Both the position numbers and the translations under genes were made by a program. A stretch of 58,273 bases of DNA, counting the filler, from Candidatus Desantisbacteria bacterium CG1_02_49_89 (GTDB lineage: Bacteria; Desantisbacteria; UBA1551), in NCBI GenBank assembly GCA_001871075.1. It is 3 parts of 3 records of this genome, joined end to end, with 100 filler letters (N's around TTAATTAATTAA, not from the genome) between each part and the next. Parts side by side here need not be neighbours in the genome. Positions count along the whole stretch, not along the records: positions 26,931 to 37,615 come from MNUP01000145.1; positions 37,716 to 58,273 come from MNUP01000049.1; 1 more part is not named here. One strand, written 5' to 3'. Position 1 is the stretch's first letter; every line of letters starts with the position of its first letter. Below, piece by piece: positions 28,046 to 37,823 of the stretch. Under the pieces are notes generated by a model. The model saw only the letters and a program-made list of their open reading frames with translations, did not search any database and was not told the origin of the DNA.

Positions 28046-29314
28046 CTACGTGCCCATCTCCCAGCTTTCCAGGTATTTGTGCTGCTCTTTGCTCAGCGTG
28101 TCTATTTTTACGCCCATAGATATGAGCTTAAGCCTCGCTATTTCACGGTCTATCGCTTCCGGAACCGGGTACACCTTGTTATCAAGCTGCTTCCCTTTCC
28201 TGACCATGAATTCCACTGAAAGCGACTGGTTTGCGAAGCTCATGTCCATCACGGACGCGGGATGCCCTTCCGCAGCTGCCAGGTTTATAAGCCTTCCCTC
28301 GCCAAGCAGGAATATCTTTTTCCCGTTTTTCAGCCTGTATTCCTCCACGGAATCCCTGACAACTCTTTTGCCGGACGAAAGTTTTTTCAGGTCGGGTATT
28401 GACAACTCGACGTTGAAATGCCCGGAGTTCGCGACGATCGCCCCGTCTTTCATCCTGAGGAAATGCCTTCTGTCAAGGACGTTTATGTCCCCGGTGGCAG
28501 TGACGAAAACCTCTCCGATCCTGGCGGCCTCAAGCGTGGACATAACCCCGTATCCGTCCATTATCGCCTCAAGCGCCCTTACCGGACTTGCCTCGCAGAC
28601 GATGACATTGGCGCCCATTCCCCGAGCCCTCATCGCTATTCCCCTGCCGCACCAGCCGTAGCCGCAGACCACGAACCTGCATCCTGCAAGCAGCTTGTTT
28701 GTGGCGCGCAGCACCCCGTCTATCGTGCTCTGGCCGGTCCCGTAGCGGTTATCAAAAAGGTGCTTTGTCTGCGCGTCGTTTACCGAGATTATGGGGTATC
28801 TCAGCACACCCTGTTTCGCCATGCTCCTCAGGCGTATCACGCCTGTGGTCGTTTCCTCGGTTCCCCCGATCACTTCTAACACGTTGACACGTTGACACGT
28901 TGACACGTTTTTATGCAGCATGCTGACCAGGTCAGCTCCGTCATCCATGGTCACATGCGGCTTTATGTCAAGCGCGCTTCTGATGTGGCTGTAATACGTC
29001 TTGTTGTCCTCGCCCTTGATCGCGAAAATGGGAATGCCGAAATCCCTGACAAGGGAAGACGCAACATCATCCTGCGTTGAAAGCGGGTTTGAAGCGCACA
29101 GCCGGACGTCAGCGCCACCGCACTTGAGCACATCCATAAGGTTGGCTGTTTCGGTAGTCACGTGCAGGCAGGCGGAGATCCTTATGCCCTTCAGGGGCTT
29201 CTGCTTCGAGAACCTTTTTCTTATAAGCTTAAGCACAGGCATGCTCTGGCCCGCCCACTCTATCCTCAGCTTTCCCTTTGGAGCAAGTTTCATATCTTTA
29301 ACGTCGTATCTCAT
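28046..29314 (-). CDS. ahcY: Adenosylhomocysteinase
   Basis: [44 protein letters not shown] and [11 protein letters not shown]. Confidence 0.97.
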   Translation of the reverse strand: MRYDVKDMKLAPKGKLRIEWAGQSMPVLKLIRKRFSKQKPLKGIRISACLHVTTETANLMDVLKCGGADVRLCASNPLSTQDDVASSLVRDFGIPIFAIKGEDNKTYYSHIRSALDIKPHVTMDDGADLVSMLHKNVSTCQRVNVLEVIGGTEETTTGVIRLRSMAKQGVLRYPIISVNDAQTKHLFDNRYGTGQSTIDGVLRATNKLLAGCRFVVCGYGWCGRGIAMRARGMGANVIVCEASPVRALEAIMDGYGVMSTLEAARIGEVFVTATGDINVLDRRHFLRMKDGAIVANSGHFNVELSIPDLKKLSSGKRVVRDSVEEYRLKNGKKIFLLGEGRLINLAAAEGHPASVMDMSFANQSLSVEFMVRKGKQLDNKVYPVPEAIDREIARLKLISMGVKIDTLSKEQHKYLESWEMGT

Positions 29315-29502
29315 TCATCATCCTCCTTTAAACTCAAATTATGAGTTATGAATTATGGAATTCGAAAGCATTCTGCAAAACCACACGAGAATGTTGCCCG
29401 AAGGGCAAAATTATAAATCAGGGCTAAAGCCCTGAGTTACAATAAACACCCTTGCAGTTGATTCATAATTCAGCATTCATAATTCATAATTAATTACCTG
29501 TA

Positions 29503-30699
29503 TTAAATGCCGGCTTCGCGCCTCAGGGTCTGCGCCATGTCGGTTTTTTCCCAGGCGAAACCTTCTCCCTCCCTGCCGAAATGCCCGTAAGCAGCCGTCT
29601 TGACGTAACCCGGTTTAAGAAGGTCCAGCTTTTTGATCATGCTCCTGGGCCTGAAGTCGAAATGCTTCATTATAAGCCTTTTTATCTCTACCTCTGGCAC
29701 CTTGAAGGTCCCGTATGTGTTCATTGTTATCGAAAGCGGCTCCGCCTTGCCTATAACGTAGGAAATGTGCAGTTCGCACCTGTCAGCAAGCCCAGCCTTC
29801 ACGACGTTCTTCGCAACGTACCTTGCCATATATGCGCCTGAGCGGTCAACCTTTGTCGGGTCCTTGCCTGAGAACGCCCCGCCTCCGTGAGCGCACATCC
29901 CGCCGTACGTATCCACTATTATCTTCCTTCCGGTCATGCCCGTATCGCTCTGCGGGCCGCCTATAAGGAACTTGCCTGTCTGGTTGATGTGGTATTCGGG
30001 TTCAACCTTGCGCATAGACGCGGGAATAATGGGCCTTACCACCTTTTCTATTATTTCCTCTCTCGCTTTTCTGCTCATCTGGTTCTTGTTCCTGGGGTCC
30101 AGCGCCTCTTCGGTATGCTGGGACGCTATGACAACCGACTTCACCGCAATCGGTTTCCTGTTCCTGTATTCAACGGTGACCTGGGATTTGCCGTCAGGGC
30201 CGAGATATTTTAAAATACCTTTTTTCCTGACTTCAGTAAGGCGCCTTGTGAGCTTGTGAGCGAGCATTATCGGCATAGGCATAAGCTCCGGGGTCTCGTT
30301 GACCGCGAACCCCACCATCATGCCCTGGTCGCCTGCTCCGCCCTTGTTGACCCCCTGGGCGATATCCGGTGACTGCCGCCCTATGACGTTGAGTACCGCG
30401 CAGGTCTTATAATCGAACCCGTATTTGGCATCAACATATCCTATGTCCCTGAGCACGCCCCTTGCAAGGCGGTGAAGGTCTAAGTAGCAGTTCGTGGTAA
30501 TTTCCCCGCCCACAACAACCATGCCCACAGTCACAAAGGTCTCGCAGGCAACGCGCGCAGCTTCAACGCAGCCGCTTCTGCTCTTTAACTCCCCGCCCAG
30601 TATTTCGTCAAGGACCGCGTCCGATATCTGGTCGCAGACCTTGTCCGGGTGGCCCTCCGTGACCGACTCCGAAGCAAACAAATAATTACCCTTGATCAT
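29503..30699 (-). CDS. metK: S-adenosylmethionine synthetase
   Basis: [32 protein letters not shown] and YGHFGR. Confidence 0.97.
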   Translation of the reverse strand: MIKGNYLFASESVTEGHPDKVCDQISDAVLDEILGGELKSRSGCVEAARVACETFVTVGMVVVGGEITTNCYLDLHRLARGVLRDIGYVDAKYGFDYKTCAVLNVIGRQSPDIAQGVNKGGAGDQGMMVGFAVNETPELMPMPIMLAHKLTRRLTEVRKKGILKYLGPDGKSQVTVEYRNRKPIAVKSVVIASQHTEEALDPRNKNQMSRKAREEIIEKVVRPIIPASMRKVEPEYHINQTGKFLIGGPQSDTGMTGRKIIVDTYGGMCAHGGGAFSGKDPTKVDRSGAYMARYVAKNVVKAGLADRCELHISYVIGKAEPLSITMNTYGTFKVPEVEIKRLIMKHFDFRPRSMIKKLDLLKPGYVKTAAYGHFGREGEGFAWEKTDMAQTLRREAGI

Positions 30700-30876
30700 T
30701 CTTCCCTCCTTTTAACTGAAGATTACGGTGATTTTTAACTGCGATTACGGTGATTATTTAAAAACTGATTGCGGTAACAAAACAACCACTATAATCTCTT
30801 TCGTAATCACTGTAATCATCTTTTAAAATCCCGCCACTTCGGCGGGTCGCCGCAGGGGCGACACTGTAATCAGTTT

Positions 30877-31917
30877 TTAGTCGAGCTGGACTATCCCGTC
30901 GAAAACAGAAATGCTTTCTGTGACCCTGGCGTTCCTGCCGATTATGCAGTTCTCTATGCGCACCCCCTTTCCTATATAAGCGTTTTCCCATATTATGCTG
31001 TTTTTCACTATTGCACCTTTACCGATGAATGAGCGGTCACCCACAACTGTCGCGCCGCTGATCTCAACACCGGAACTTATGCGGCAGTTATCGCCGACCA
31101 CAAGGGGACCCGCAAGCCTTACCGAATGGTCTATCTCGCAGCCTCTGCCTATCCAGTTCTTGCCCCTTCGTTCGCCGTTCAGTTTTATCCTGACCTTTCC
31201 GTCCAGTATATCTCTGTGGGATATTCTATATTGCTGTATGTTGCCTATATCGCACCAGTAGCTGTCCGTGTAATAAGCCGTCATCTTTTTCTTTCTCCTC
31301 ATCAGCACCGGAAAAAGGTCTTTCGCGAAATCATATTCCTTTCCGGGAGGGATAAGGTCTAGCACCCAGGGTTCCAGGACATAAATACCTGTATTCGCTC
31401 CGGCGCGCTGTCCACTTGCGGCAAAACACTCGCTCCATTTCGGCTTTTCAAGGAAGCGCGTGATCCTGCTCTTCCTGTCCGTCGCTGCCAGGCCGTATTC
31501 CAGTTTTGCCTCGATCTCTTTCAGGACCATCGTGACGTCGCTGCCGCTTCTTTTGTGGAATTTCAGCAGATCGGTAAGGTTTATATCCGTCAGGCCGTCC
31601 CCGCTCATTACCAGGAACGTGCCGCCCTTGAACATTTTCTCCTTCCTCTTAACGCCGCCCGCCGTGCCCATCAGCTTCTTTTCGACCGAATACTTAAGGT
31701 CAACTCCGTACCGCCTTCCGTCGCCGAAATAATCCGAGATCTGCCCGGGCTTGTAATGCAGGTTTGCCACGACTTCGCGTATCCCGTGATCCGCAAGAAG
31801 TTCCAGCGTGTATTCGAGCACCGGCCTGTTTGCCACGGGGACCATAGGTTTCGGAACACTGTATGTCAGCGGGCGCAGCCTTGTTCCTATGCCCGCGCAC
31901 ATCACGAAAGCTCGCAT
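30877..31917 (-). CDS. NDP-sugar pyrophosphorylase (mannose-1-phosphate guanylyltransferase-like)
   Basis: AGIGTRLRPLT..PKP, EKP and YWCDIG motifs; C-terminal hexapeptide repeats. Confidence 0.9.
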   Translation of the reverse strand: MRAFVMCAGIGTRLRPLTYSVPKPMVPVANRPVLEYTLELLADHGIREVVANLHYKPGQISDYFGDGRRYGVDLKYSVEKKLMGTAGGVKRKEKMFKGGTFLVMSGDGLTDINLTDLLKFHKRSGSDVTMVLKEIEAKLEYGLAATDRKSRITRFLEKPKWSECFAASGQRAGANTGIYVLEPWVLDLIPPGKEYDFAKDLFPVLMRRKKKMTAYYTDSYWCDIGNIQQYRISHRDILDGKVRIKLNGERRGKNWIGRGCEIDHSVRLAGPLVVGDNCRISSGVEISGATVVGDRSFIGKGAIVKNSIIWENAYIGKGVRIENCIIGRNARVTESISVFDGIVQLD

Positions 31918-31919
31918 TT

Positions 31920-32375
31920 CTACCTCCCGGGATTTTTCTCTTCCGGCTGGCCGGCTGGCAAAAGAAGCATCCTGTCGGCTTCGTCTGCAAGGATCCTTAT
32001 TTTTTGCTTTGCTTTCCTGACATCCAGACCTTCAATATCAGCCTGGATCTCTTCGGTTACGCGTTTAATATTTTCGTTGATTATCCCGGCTCTTCCCGGA
32101 AAAACCACGGTTTCCTTTGACAGGAGCTCTTTTACTAAAGCTATCTCTTCCCCCGCTATGCCGAAATTCTTTTCCAGCAGCGCGACAAGCGCGGCTTCGG
32201 CATGCCACTTTATCCTCAGCACGCCGGCCTGCAGTTCCTTCTTCTGTGCTTCCAGTTTCAGGGCGTTTATTTCCGAATTAAGCCCTGACACCTTTGCGGC
32301 ATTCATAAAATATCCCGTTCCGAATGCAGCACCTCCCGCTATGAGCAATATCACAATATATCGAAATATTTTCAT
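31920..32375 (-). CDS. Hypothetical membrane-anchored helical protein
   Basis: 151-aa ORF inside the operon; GGAGG RBS; N-terminal TM. Confidence 0.7.
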   Translation of the reverse strand: MKIFRYIVILLIAGGAAFGTGYFMNAAKVSGLNSEINALKLEAQKKELQAGVLRIKWHAEAALVALLEKNFGIAGEEIALVKELLSKETVVFPGRAGIINENIKRVTEEIQADIEGLDVRKAKQKIRILADEADRMLLLPAGQPEEKNPGR

Positions 32376-32389
32376 CCTGCCTCCCGAAA

Positions 32390-33376
32390 CTAAGATTTTT
32401 TCTGGGTTTTTTCAGACTTTTCGGCCTTTTCGATTTCGGTTTCGTACCTTCTCAACAGATCGTCTATCTCTGTGACCGAAGGTACTGCCTCTGTAACAGG
32501 CAATAATTTACCGCTGTAACTCTTTATTTTATATTTACCGCTGCTGTCTTCGGAAATTAAAAGATCGAGCCTTCCAAGGTATATACCCCACTTAAACGCC
32601 TGGGCTATAACCGTCCTGCCTGCCCTGACGGGTTTCTGCAGTTTTGTATTCGAATAGCCGCCTATTATAACGTCGATACCCGGAACTGCCTCGGCAAATG
32701 CCTCGGCAAGGCCGCAGTCATATTCAAAACCGCAGTTCGAAATAACAACCACGATGTCGGTTTTCCCCTTGTTTTTTTCAAGAAGGTCTTTTATTATTTT
32801 TTTTGGGCCCATGTATTTCGCCTTTGTTCTGCCGTCAGGAGAGAATCCCACTGCCGCGTCCGCTCCGGCGATCCCTATTATTCCGATCCTAACATCCTGG
32901 AAAGTTCTTATGACCATAGGCTCGAACAGGGGCTTTCCGCCCTTTTCGGAAACAATGTTGGCGCACACAAAGGGGAACTGCGCTTCTTTTTCTCTCTGCG
33001 CCAGTATCTTATGGCCCAGGCCGAATTCGCTCTGGCCCGGCGCTGCTGCGTCATAACCGATAAGGTTCATCAGTTCTATATCCGCCTTGCCTTTCAGTAC
33101 CGAAGATTTGGCGTTTTCCTGGAAAATGCCGCCCGCGTCAAGCAGCATCACGAAATGCCCGGTCTCGATCCGGGTTTCCTTGACAAGCTCTGCCCTGCGG
33201 CTGATCCCGCCCGCGATCTTCGCCCCGCCATAGCTGAAAGGCATGAGACGGCCGTGCGTATCGTTTGTATGCAGGATCGTCAGGTTTATTTCTTTAGGAA
33301 AAGCGCGGCCAGCGGAACACAACATAAGAGCCGCCGCAATAAAACACGCTATATTCTTTACAACACCTTCTTTCAC
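32390..33376 (-). CDS. 5'-nucleotidase-type metallophosphoesterase domain protein with degenerate metal-binding motifs
   Basis: ILHTNDTHG is retained but other motifs read DAGG, GQSEF, SNCG and GGYSN. Start chosen at GTG 33376 (GGAGG RBS); 33409 is an alternative. Confidence 0.75.
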   Translation of the reverse strand: MKEGVVKNIACFIAAALMLCSAGRAFPKEINLTILHTNDTHGRLMPFSYGGAKIAGGISRRAELVKETRIETGHFVMLLDAGGIFQENAKSSVLKGKADIELMNLIGYDAAAPGQSEFGLGHKILAQREKEAQFPFVCANIVSEKGGKPLFEPMVIRTFQDVRIGIIGIAGADAAVGFSPDGRTKAKYMGPKKIIKDLLEKNKGKTDIVVVISNCGFEYDCGLAEAFAEAVPGIDVIIGGYSNTKLQKPVRAGRTVIAQAFKWGIYLGRLDLLISEDSSGKYKIKSYSGKLLPVTEAVPSVTEIDDLLRRYETEIEKAEKSEKTQKKS

Positions 33377-33405
33377 TCGATCCTCCGTGCGGATATCTGC
33401 AAAGA

Positions 33406-34467
33406 TCACTCCCCGGGCGTTTTGTCCTTGTTCCCTATCCTTCTTTTCAGTTCTTCACCTGTCGTAAACATAAGAAATACGATGATCGCGAACACGCAGA
33501 GCGCCTGTACCAGAAGCACGGCCGCGTCTTCTCTGCCCACGTGCGGCAGCAGCATTGAGGTAATGCCCGCGCAGAATGAAACAAGGTAGATGAATAATAC
33601 CGCCTGGGGCTGGTTCATGCCCAGCCTTACCAGCCTGTGGGAAAAGTGGTTCATATCCGCGGTGAAGATCGATACGCGCTGCCTTAACCTTATGATAACC
33701 ACGGAAACTGTGTCGAAGATCGGCACGCCCAGTATCAGGACCGGCGTAATGACCGGCAGGTGCGTGAGAAGACTGCCCCTGAGGTATGTGCCCATGGAAG
33801 ATGTGCCGCCTATGAGGAAACCCAGCAGCAGCGCGCCGCTGTCCCCCATTATCACGCTGGAAGGGTAGAAATTATAGCGAAGGAACCCGATAAGGCTGCC
33901 CATAAGAATGAACAGGAAAGTATTCAGGCTTTCAAGTCCCTGCCTCTGGTACACCAGCACGAACATCAGGCACGATACAGCCCCAACCCCCGCGGAGAGC
34001 CCGTCCATGTTGTCCAGCAGGTTGAACGAATTGGTGATCGCGACTATCCATATCACGGTAACTATGCCTGAAAGCACAGGGTTATGTATAAACAAACTTA
34101 TCATTACGCCGTGGTTGACCAGGATTATCGCCGCGAAGATCTGCACCGCGAGCTTTATCCAGGATCGTAAATTTACAAAATCATCGATCAGCCCTATCGC
34201 GAAAACGATCGAGCCCCCGATGAGCAGGCCGCGGAATTCATTCCTGTATGCCGCGGCAAAAAAACCGAGCCTGTGGCATACGTAGAAAGCAACAAGAATG
34301 GCAACCGCTAAGCCGGCGCCGCCGAACCTTGGCTTGGGAACCTTGTGTATCTTTCTGTGCCCGGGCTGGTCCATGACATTCATCTTCACTCCCAGCCACC
34401 GCACCACAGGCGTTATGAAATACGATACCAGGAAAGAAACTCCCAGCGCTATCAGGTATTTGTGCAT
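33406..34467 (-). CDS. Undecaprenyl-phosphate GlcNAc-1-phosphate transferase (MraY/WecA family)
   Basis: RKIH..PKPRFGG, GLIDD, NSFNLLDNMDG, MGDSG and HFSHRL motifs. Confidence 0.9.
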   Translation of the reverse strand: MHKYLIALGVSFLVSYFITPVVRWLGVKMNVMDQPGHRKIHKVPKPRFGGAGLAVAILVAFYVCHRLGFFAAAYRNEFRGLLIGGSIVFAIGLIDDFVNLRSWIKLAVQIFAAIILVNHGVMISLFIHNPVLSGIVTVIWIVAITNSFNLLDNMDGLSAGVGAVSCLMFVLVYQRQGLESLNTFLFILMGSLIGFLRYNFYPSSVIMGDSGALLLGFLIGGTSSMGTYLRGSLLTHLPVITPVLILGVPIFDTVSVVIIRLRQRVSIFTADMNHFSHRLVRLGMNQPQAVLFIYLVSFCAGITSMLLPHVGREDAAVLLVQALCVFAIIVFLMFTTGEELKRRIGNKDKTPGE

Positions 34468-34666
34468 TTATTACTCCTCTGGAGTCAGCTCATAGCTCAT
34501 AGTTCATAGCTCATAGTAAGAATTAAATTTTAATTTGTTACCATGAGCCATCAGCCATGGGTTTTATCTGCTGAAAGCTAAATGCTGGTTGGAAAATGTT
34601 AAAATCTATGTCCATCCGTAGTTAAATTTGCATTTTACAATTTGCAATTTGACTTTTGACTTATTA

Positions 34667-35974
34667 TTATAATCTTACTATCTTGTCCCTGCAGCCTTTC
34701 ACGCCTTTCAGGGCGTTCCTTGTGTCAAGTATGCATTTCGCGTGCCTGGCTATCCATTCGTAATCATAGTCCGGATGGTCTGTCACCACAACAACGCAGT
34801 CAGCCGACCTTAAAAGCTTCGATGTGAGCTTCGAAGACCTATAGATCTTCCCTCCCCCGTGCTCGCGCAGGCTCGTGCTGGGAACGTAGGGATCGTTGTA
34901 AAGGACATCAAAACCTTCTTTCTGCATAAGGTCCATTATTTTCAAAGAGGGCGAATTCCTCATGTCCGATATTCCTTTCTTGAACGCGACTCCCAGGACC
35001 AGGACAGTGCTGTCCTCTGGTGATTTTTTCCTCAATAACGCGTTCACTTTGGACACAACGTAATAAGGCATGTTCGAGTTGACCTCTGCCGCGAGTTCTA
35101 TGAACCTTGTGTGGAAATCAAATTCCTTGGCCTTCCAGGAAAGGTATACCGGGTCAACCGGTATGCAGTGGCCGCCCACTCCCGGCCCCGGCATGAACGA
35201 CATAAAACCGAAAGGCTTTGTCTTTGCTGCCTCAACCACTTCCCAGATATTTATTTTCATGCGGTCGCACAGCAGCATAAGCTCGTTGACCAGGGCGATG
35301 TTCACGTTCCTGAATATGTTCTCCAGCAGTTTTGTCAGCTCCGCAACCTCCGGGCTTGAAACAGGTATGACCTTTATTATGAACTGGGAATAGAATAGCT
35401 TCACCATTTCGGTGCACCTGGGAGTTATGCCTCCCGCTACCTTGGGCGTGTTTGTGGTGTGGAAATCGCTGTTACCCGGATCTATCCTTTCCGGGGAAAA
35501 CGCGAGAAAGAAATCCCTTCCGGGTTTCATTTCCTTTTTCTTGAGCACCGGAAGCATTACCTCCCTGGTGGTGCCGGGATACGTGGTGCTCTCAAGGATC
35601 ACGAGCTGTCCCTTACGGGAATTCTTCGCTATAAATTCCGTGGCTTTAAGCACGTATGAAAGGTCCGGTTCCTTGTAAACATTGAAAGGAGTTGGGACCG
35701 CGACGCATATCACATCCGCTTCTGAAAGGATCCGGGGGTCTGTTGTCGCGCTCAGGGCTCCTGACCTGATAACTCTTTTAAAATCCTGTTCTTCTATATC
35801 CGATATATAAAGTTTTCCCCTGTTGACATTGTTGACCTTGGTCTTGTCCAGGTCAAAGCCGAAAACGCGGAACCCCGCGTTCGCCGCCGCGACAGCTTCC
35901 GGCAGGCCGACATAGCCCAGGCCTATTATGCATACCTTAGCCTTCTTGCTCAGTATCTTTTCTTTTAGCAACAT
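34667..35974 (-). CDS. Nucleotide-sugar (UDP-GlcNAc-type) dehydrogenase
   Basis: GLGYVGLP, ESTTYPGTT, SPERIDPG and GPGVGGHCIPVDP motifs. Confidence 0.92.
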   Translation of the reverse strand: MLLKEKILSKKAKVCIIGLGYVGLPEAVAAANAGFRVFGFDLDKTKVNNVNRGKLYISDIEEQDFKRVIRSGALSATTDPRILSEADVICVAVPTPFNVYKEPDLSYVLKATEFIAKNSRKGQLVILESTTYPGTTREVMLPVLKKKEMKPGRDFFLAFSPERIDPGNSDFHTTNTPKVAGGITPRCTEMVKLFYSQFIIKVIPVSSPEVAELTKLLENIFRNVNIALVNELMLLCDRMKINIWEVVEAAKTKPFGFMSFMPGPGVGGHCIPVDPVYLSWKAKEFDFHTRFIELAAEVNSNMPYYVVSKVNALLRKKSPEDSTVLVLGVAFKKGISDMRNSPSLKIMDLMQKEGFDVLYNDPYVPSTSLREHGGGKIYRSSKLTSKLLRSADCVVVVTDHPDYDYEWIARHAKCILDTRNALKGVKGCRDKIVRL

Positions 35975-36972
35975 GCCTTTGCCCCTCCTTTTGAGATCCT
36001 TATCCTGGCGTCCTCTATCATATTTTCCAGCGTGTCCTTTAAAGTATATCTGATCCTGAAACCTGTCAGCCCGTGTATTTTAGCTGTGTTAGGGAACCTG
36101 TGGCGCATATCCTCAAATCCTTTCGTATAGACTTTTTCATACGGGACCAGCTTTATGGCTGACCTGCTTCCTGTCATTGTGACTATCCTTGAAGCAAGGC
36201 CCGCGATCGTTATACGCTCTGAACTGCCTATGTTGAATATTTCGCCCACAGCCTTCGGGTTCTTAGAAAGAGAAACGATCGCCCTGACCGCGTCGTCAAC
36301 GTACAGGAAAGAACGGGTCTGCCTGCCGTCCCCGTAAACCGTTAACGGCTTATCCCTAAGCGCCTGCTCGATGAACCTCGGGATAACCATCCCGTAGTCG
36401 CTTACCTGCCTGGGCCCGCACGTGTTGAAAAGGCGCACTATGATAACAGGCAGTCTCTTTTCACGCCAGTATGCAAGCGCCAGGAATTCGTCCATTGCCT
36501 TAGCGCAGGAATAGCTCCAGCGGCTGATAGTCGTGGGGCCCATGACACGGTCATCCGTTTCTTTGAAGGGTATTTTTTCATTCTTTCCGTAAACTTCCGA
36601 AGTGGAAGTGATCAGAACTTTCTTCCTGCGGTTACCGCGCGAGAGCTTTTCCGCGAGCTCAAGCACTATCTCCGTGCCCTTCACGTTTGTCTGGATTGAG
36701 CGCAGGGGATTTTCAATGACATACTTCACCCCGACAGCCGCGGCCAGGTGGTAAATGAAATCGGCTTTGGAAACAAGCTTCGACATAAGCTGTTCGTTAA
36801 GTATTGTGCCTATGCGGACCGTGAGGTTTTTGTCGCAGGTAAGGTGCCTGATGTTATCTATGCGCCCGGTTGACAGGTCGTCTATAACCGTGACCTTATG
36901 CCCGTCTTCCAGCAGTTTCTCTACAAGGTGCGAACCCACGAACCCAGCCCCGCCTGTTACGAGTATGTTCAT
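35965..36972 (-). CDS. NAD-dependent nucleotide-sugar epimerase/dehydratase
   Basis: TGGAGFVG, HLAAAVGV, STSEVYG, YSCAK and RLFNTCGPRQ motifs. Confidence 0.9.
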   Translation of the reverse strand: MNILVTGGAGFVGSHLVEKLLEDGHKVTVIDDLSTGRIDNIRHLTCDKNLTVRIGTILNEQLMSKLVSKADFIYHLAAAVGVKYVIENPLRSIQTNVKGTEIVLELAEKLSRGNRRKKVLITSTSEVYGKNEKIPFKETDDRVMGPTTISRWSYSCAKAMDEFLALAYWREKRLPVIIVRLFNTCGPRQVSDYGMVIPRFIEQALRDKPLTVYGDGRQTRSFLYVDDAVRAIVSLSKNPKAVGEIFNIGSSERITIAGLASRIVTMTGSRSAIKLVPYEKVYTKGFEDMRHRFPNTAKIHGLTGFRIRYTLKDTLENMIEDARIRISKGGAKACC

Positions 36973-37101
36973 CTATTCTCCTAATTTTTGATTACGGTGA
37001 TTTTTAACTACGATTACGATGTTAAATCTATAATTTTCCCGCCCAATCAGTCAGATTGGGCGAGGTCTCGCCCGCTGAAAAGACGGGCGGAGACTTTTGA
37101 C

Positions 37102-37615
37102 TTATATTTTTAGCCTTTTCTCCCGTATAAGTTCTTCATAAAGATTCTCAATATCGGAAATAAGCCGCCTGATGCTGTATCTCGGGTACGCGCGCTCCCT
37201 TGCCTTCCTGCCCATCTCTTTCATTTTATTCGCATCCGATAAAACCGCGCAGACGCCTTTAGCCAGAGCTTCAGGGTCCTTCGCTGGCACGACAAATCCC
37301 GTTTCCCCGTCTGCCACAAGCTCCCTGACCCCGCCGACGTCCGTTGCCACAACCGGCTTTGCCGCGGTCATTGACTCGATTATCGCTACAGGCAGGCCTT
37401 CGTTCAGGGATGAAAGCACTACAACGTCCATGTCCGCGTAAACCCTTTCAAGGTCGCTCCTGAACCCGGCCCATACTATATTCCCGGAAATACCGAGTTT
37501 CGAGGCGTATTCTTCCAGTTCCTTCCTCAGCTCCCCGTCACCCACGATCACGAATTTGACGCCAGGCATTTTTTCAAGCGCCTTTTTTGACGCCTCAAGG
37601 AAGTACTTATGCCCT
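37102..37615 (-). CDS. GT4-family glycosyltransferase, 5'-truncated by the contig end
   Basis: VGDGE, SLNEGLPVAIIE and VVATDVGG motifs. Confidence 0.9.
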
Positions 37616-37715
37616 NNNNNNNNNNNNNNNNNNNNNNNNNNNNNNNNNNNNNNNNNNNNTTAATTAATTAANNNNNNNNNNNNNNNNNNNNNNNNNNNNN
37701 NNNNNNNNNNNNNNN
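37616..37715. other. Artificial contig linker
   Basis: N runs around TTAATTAATTAA. Confidence 0.98.
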
Positions 37716-37823
37716 CCAAAAGATCCTTTACCTTCTTCTTCACCTAAATAGGGCAAGAGAATAGAGATTGCTTCGTTTTCACTCGCAATGACTGAATAAG
37801 TTCGGTAGAAAGGAATTGATAAA

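Noticed and set aside
30555-30600. Possible repeat-derived loop in MetK ([12 protein letters not shown]), and similarly AASGQRAG at about 31395-31425
   Set aside because: The loops look longer than usual, but the match to intergenic elements is short and could be chance.
30700-30876. SAM riboswitch upstream of metK
   Set aside because: The spacer is fully explained by AATCACCGTAATC arms and the 32-bp element; no SAM-I consensus was seen.
26831-37715. Strand switch or inversion of the metK-ahcY block and the TTAATTAATTAA repeats
   Set aside because: These are artificial contig linkers; orientation and adjacency are arbitrary.
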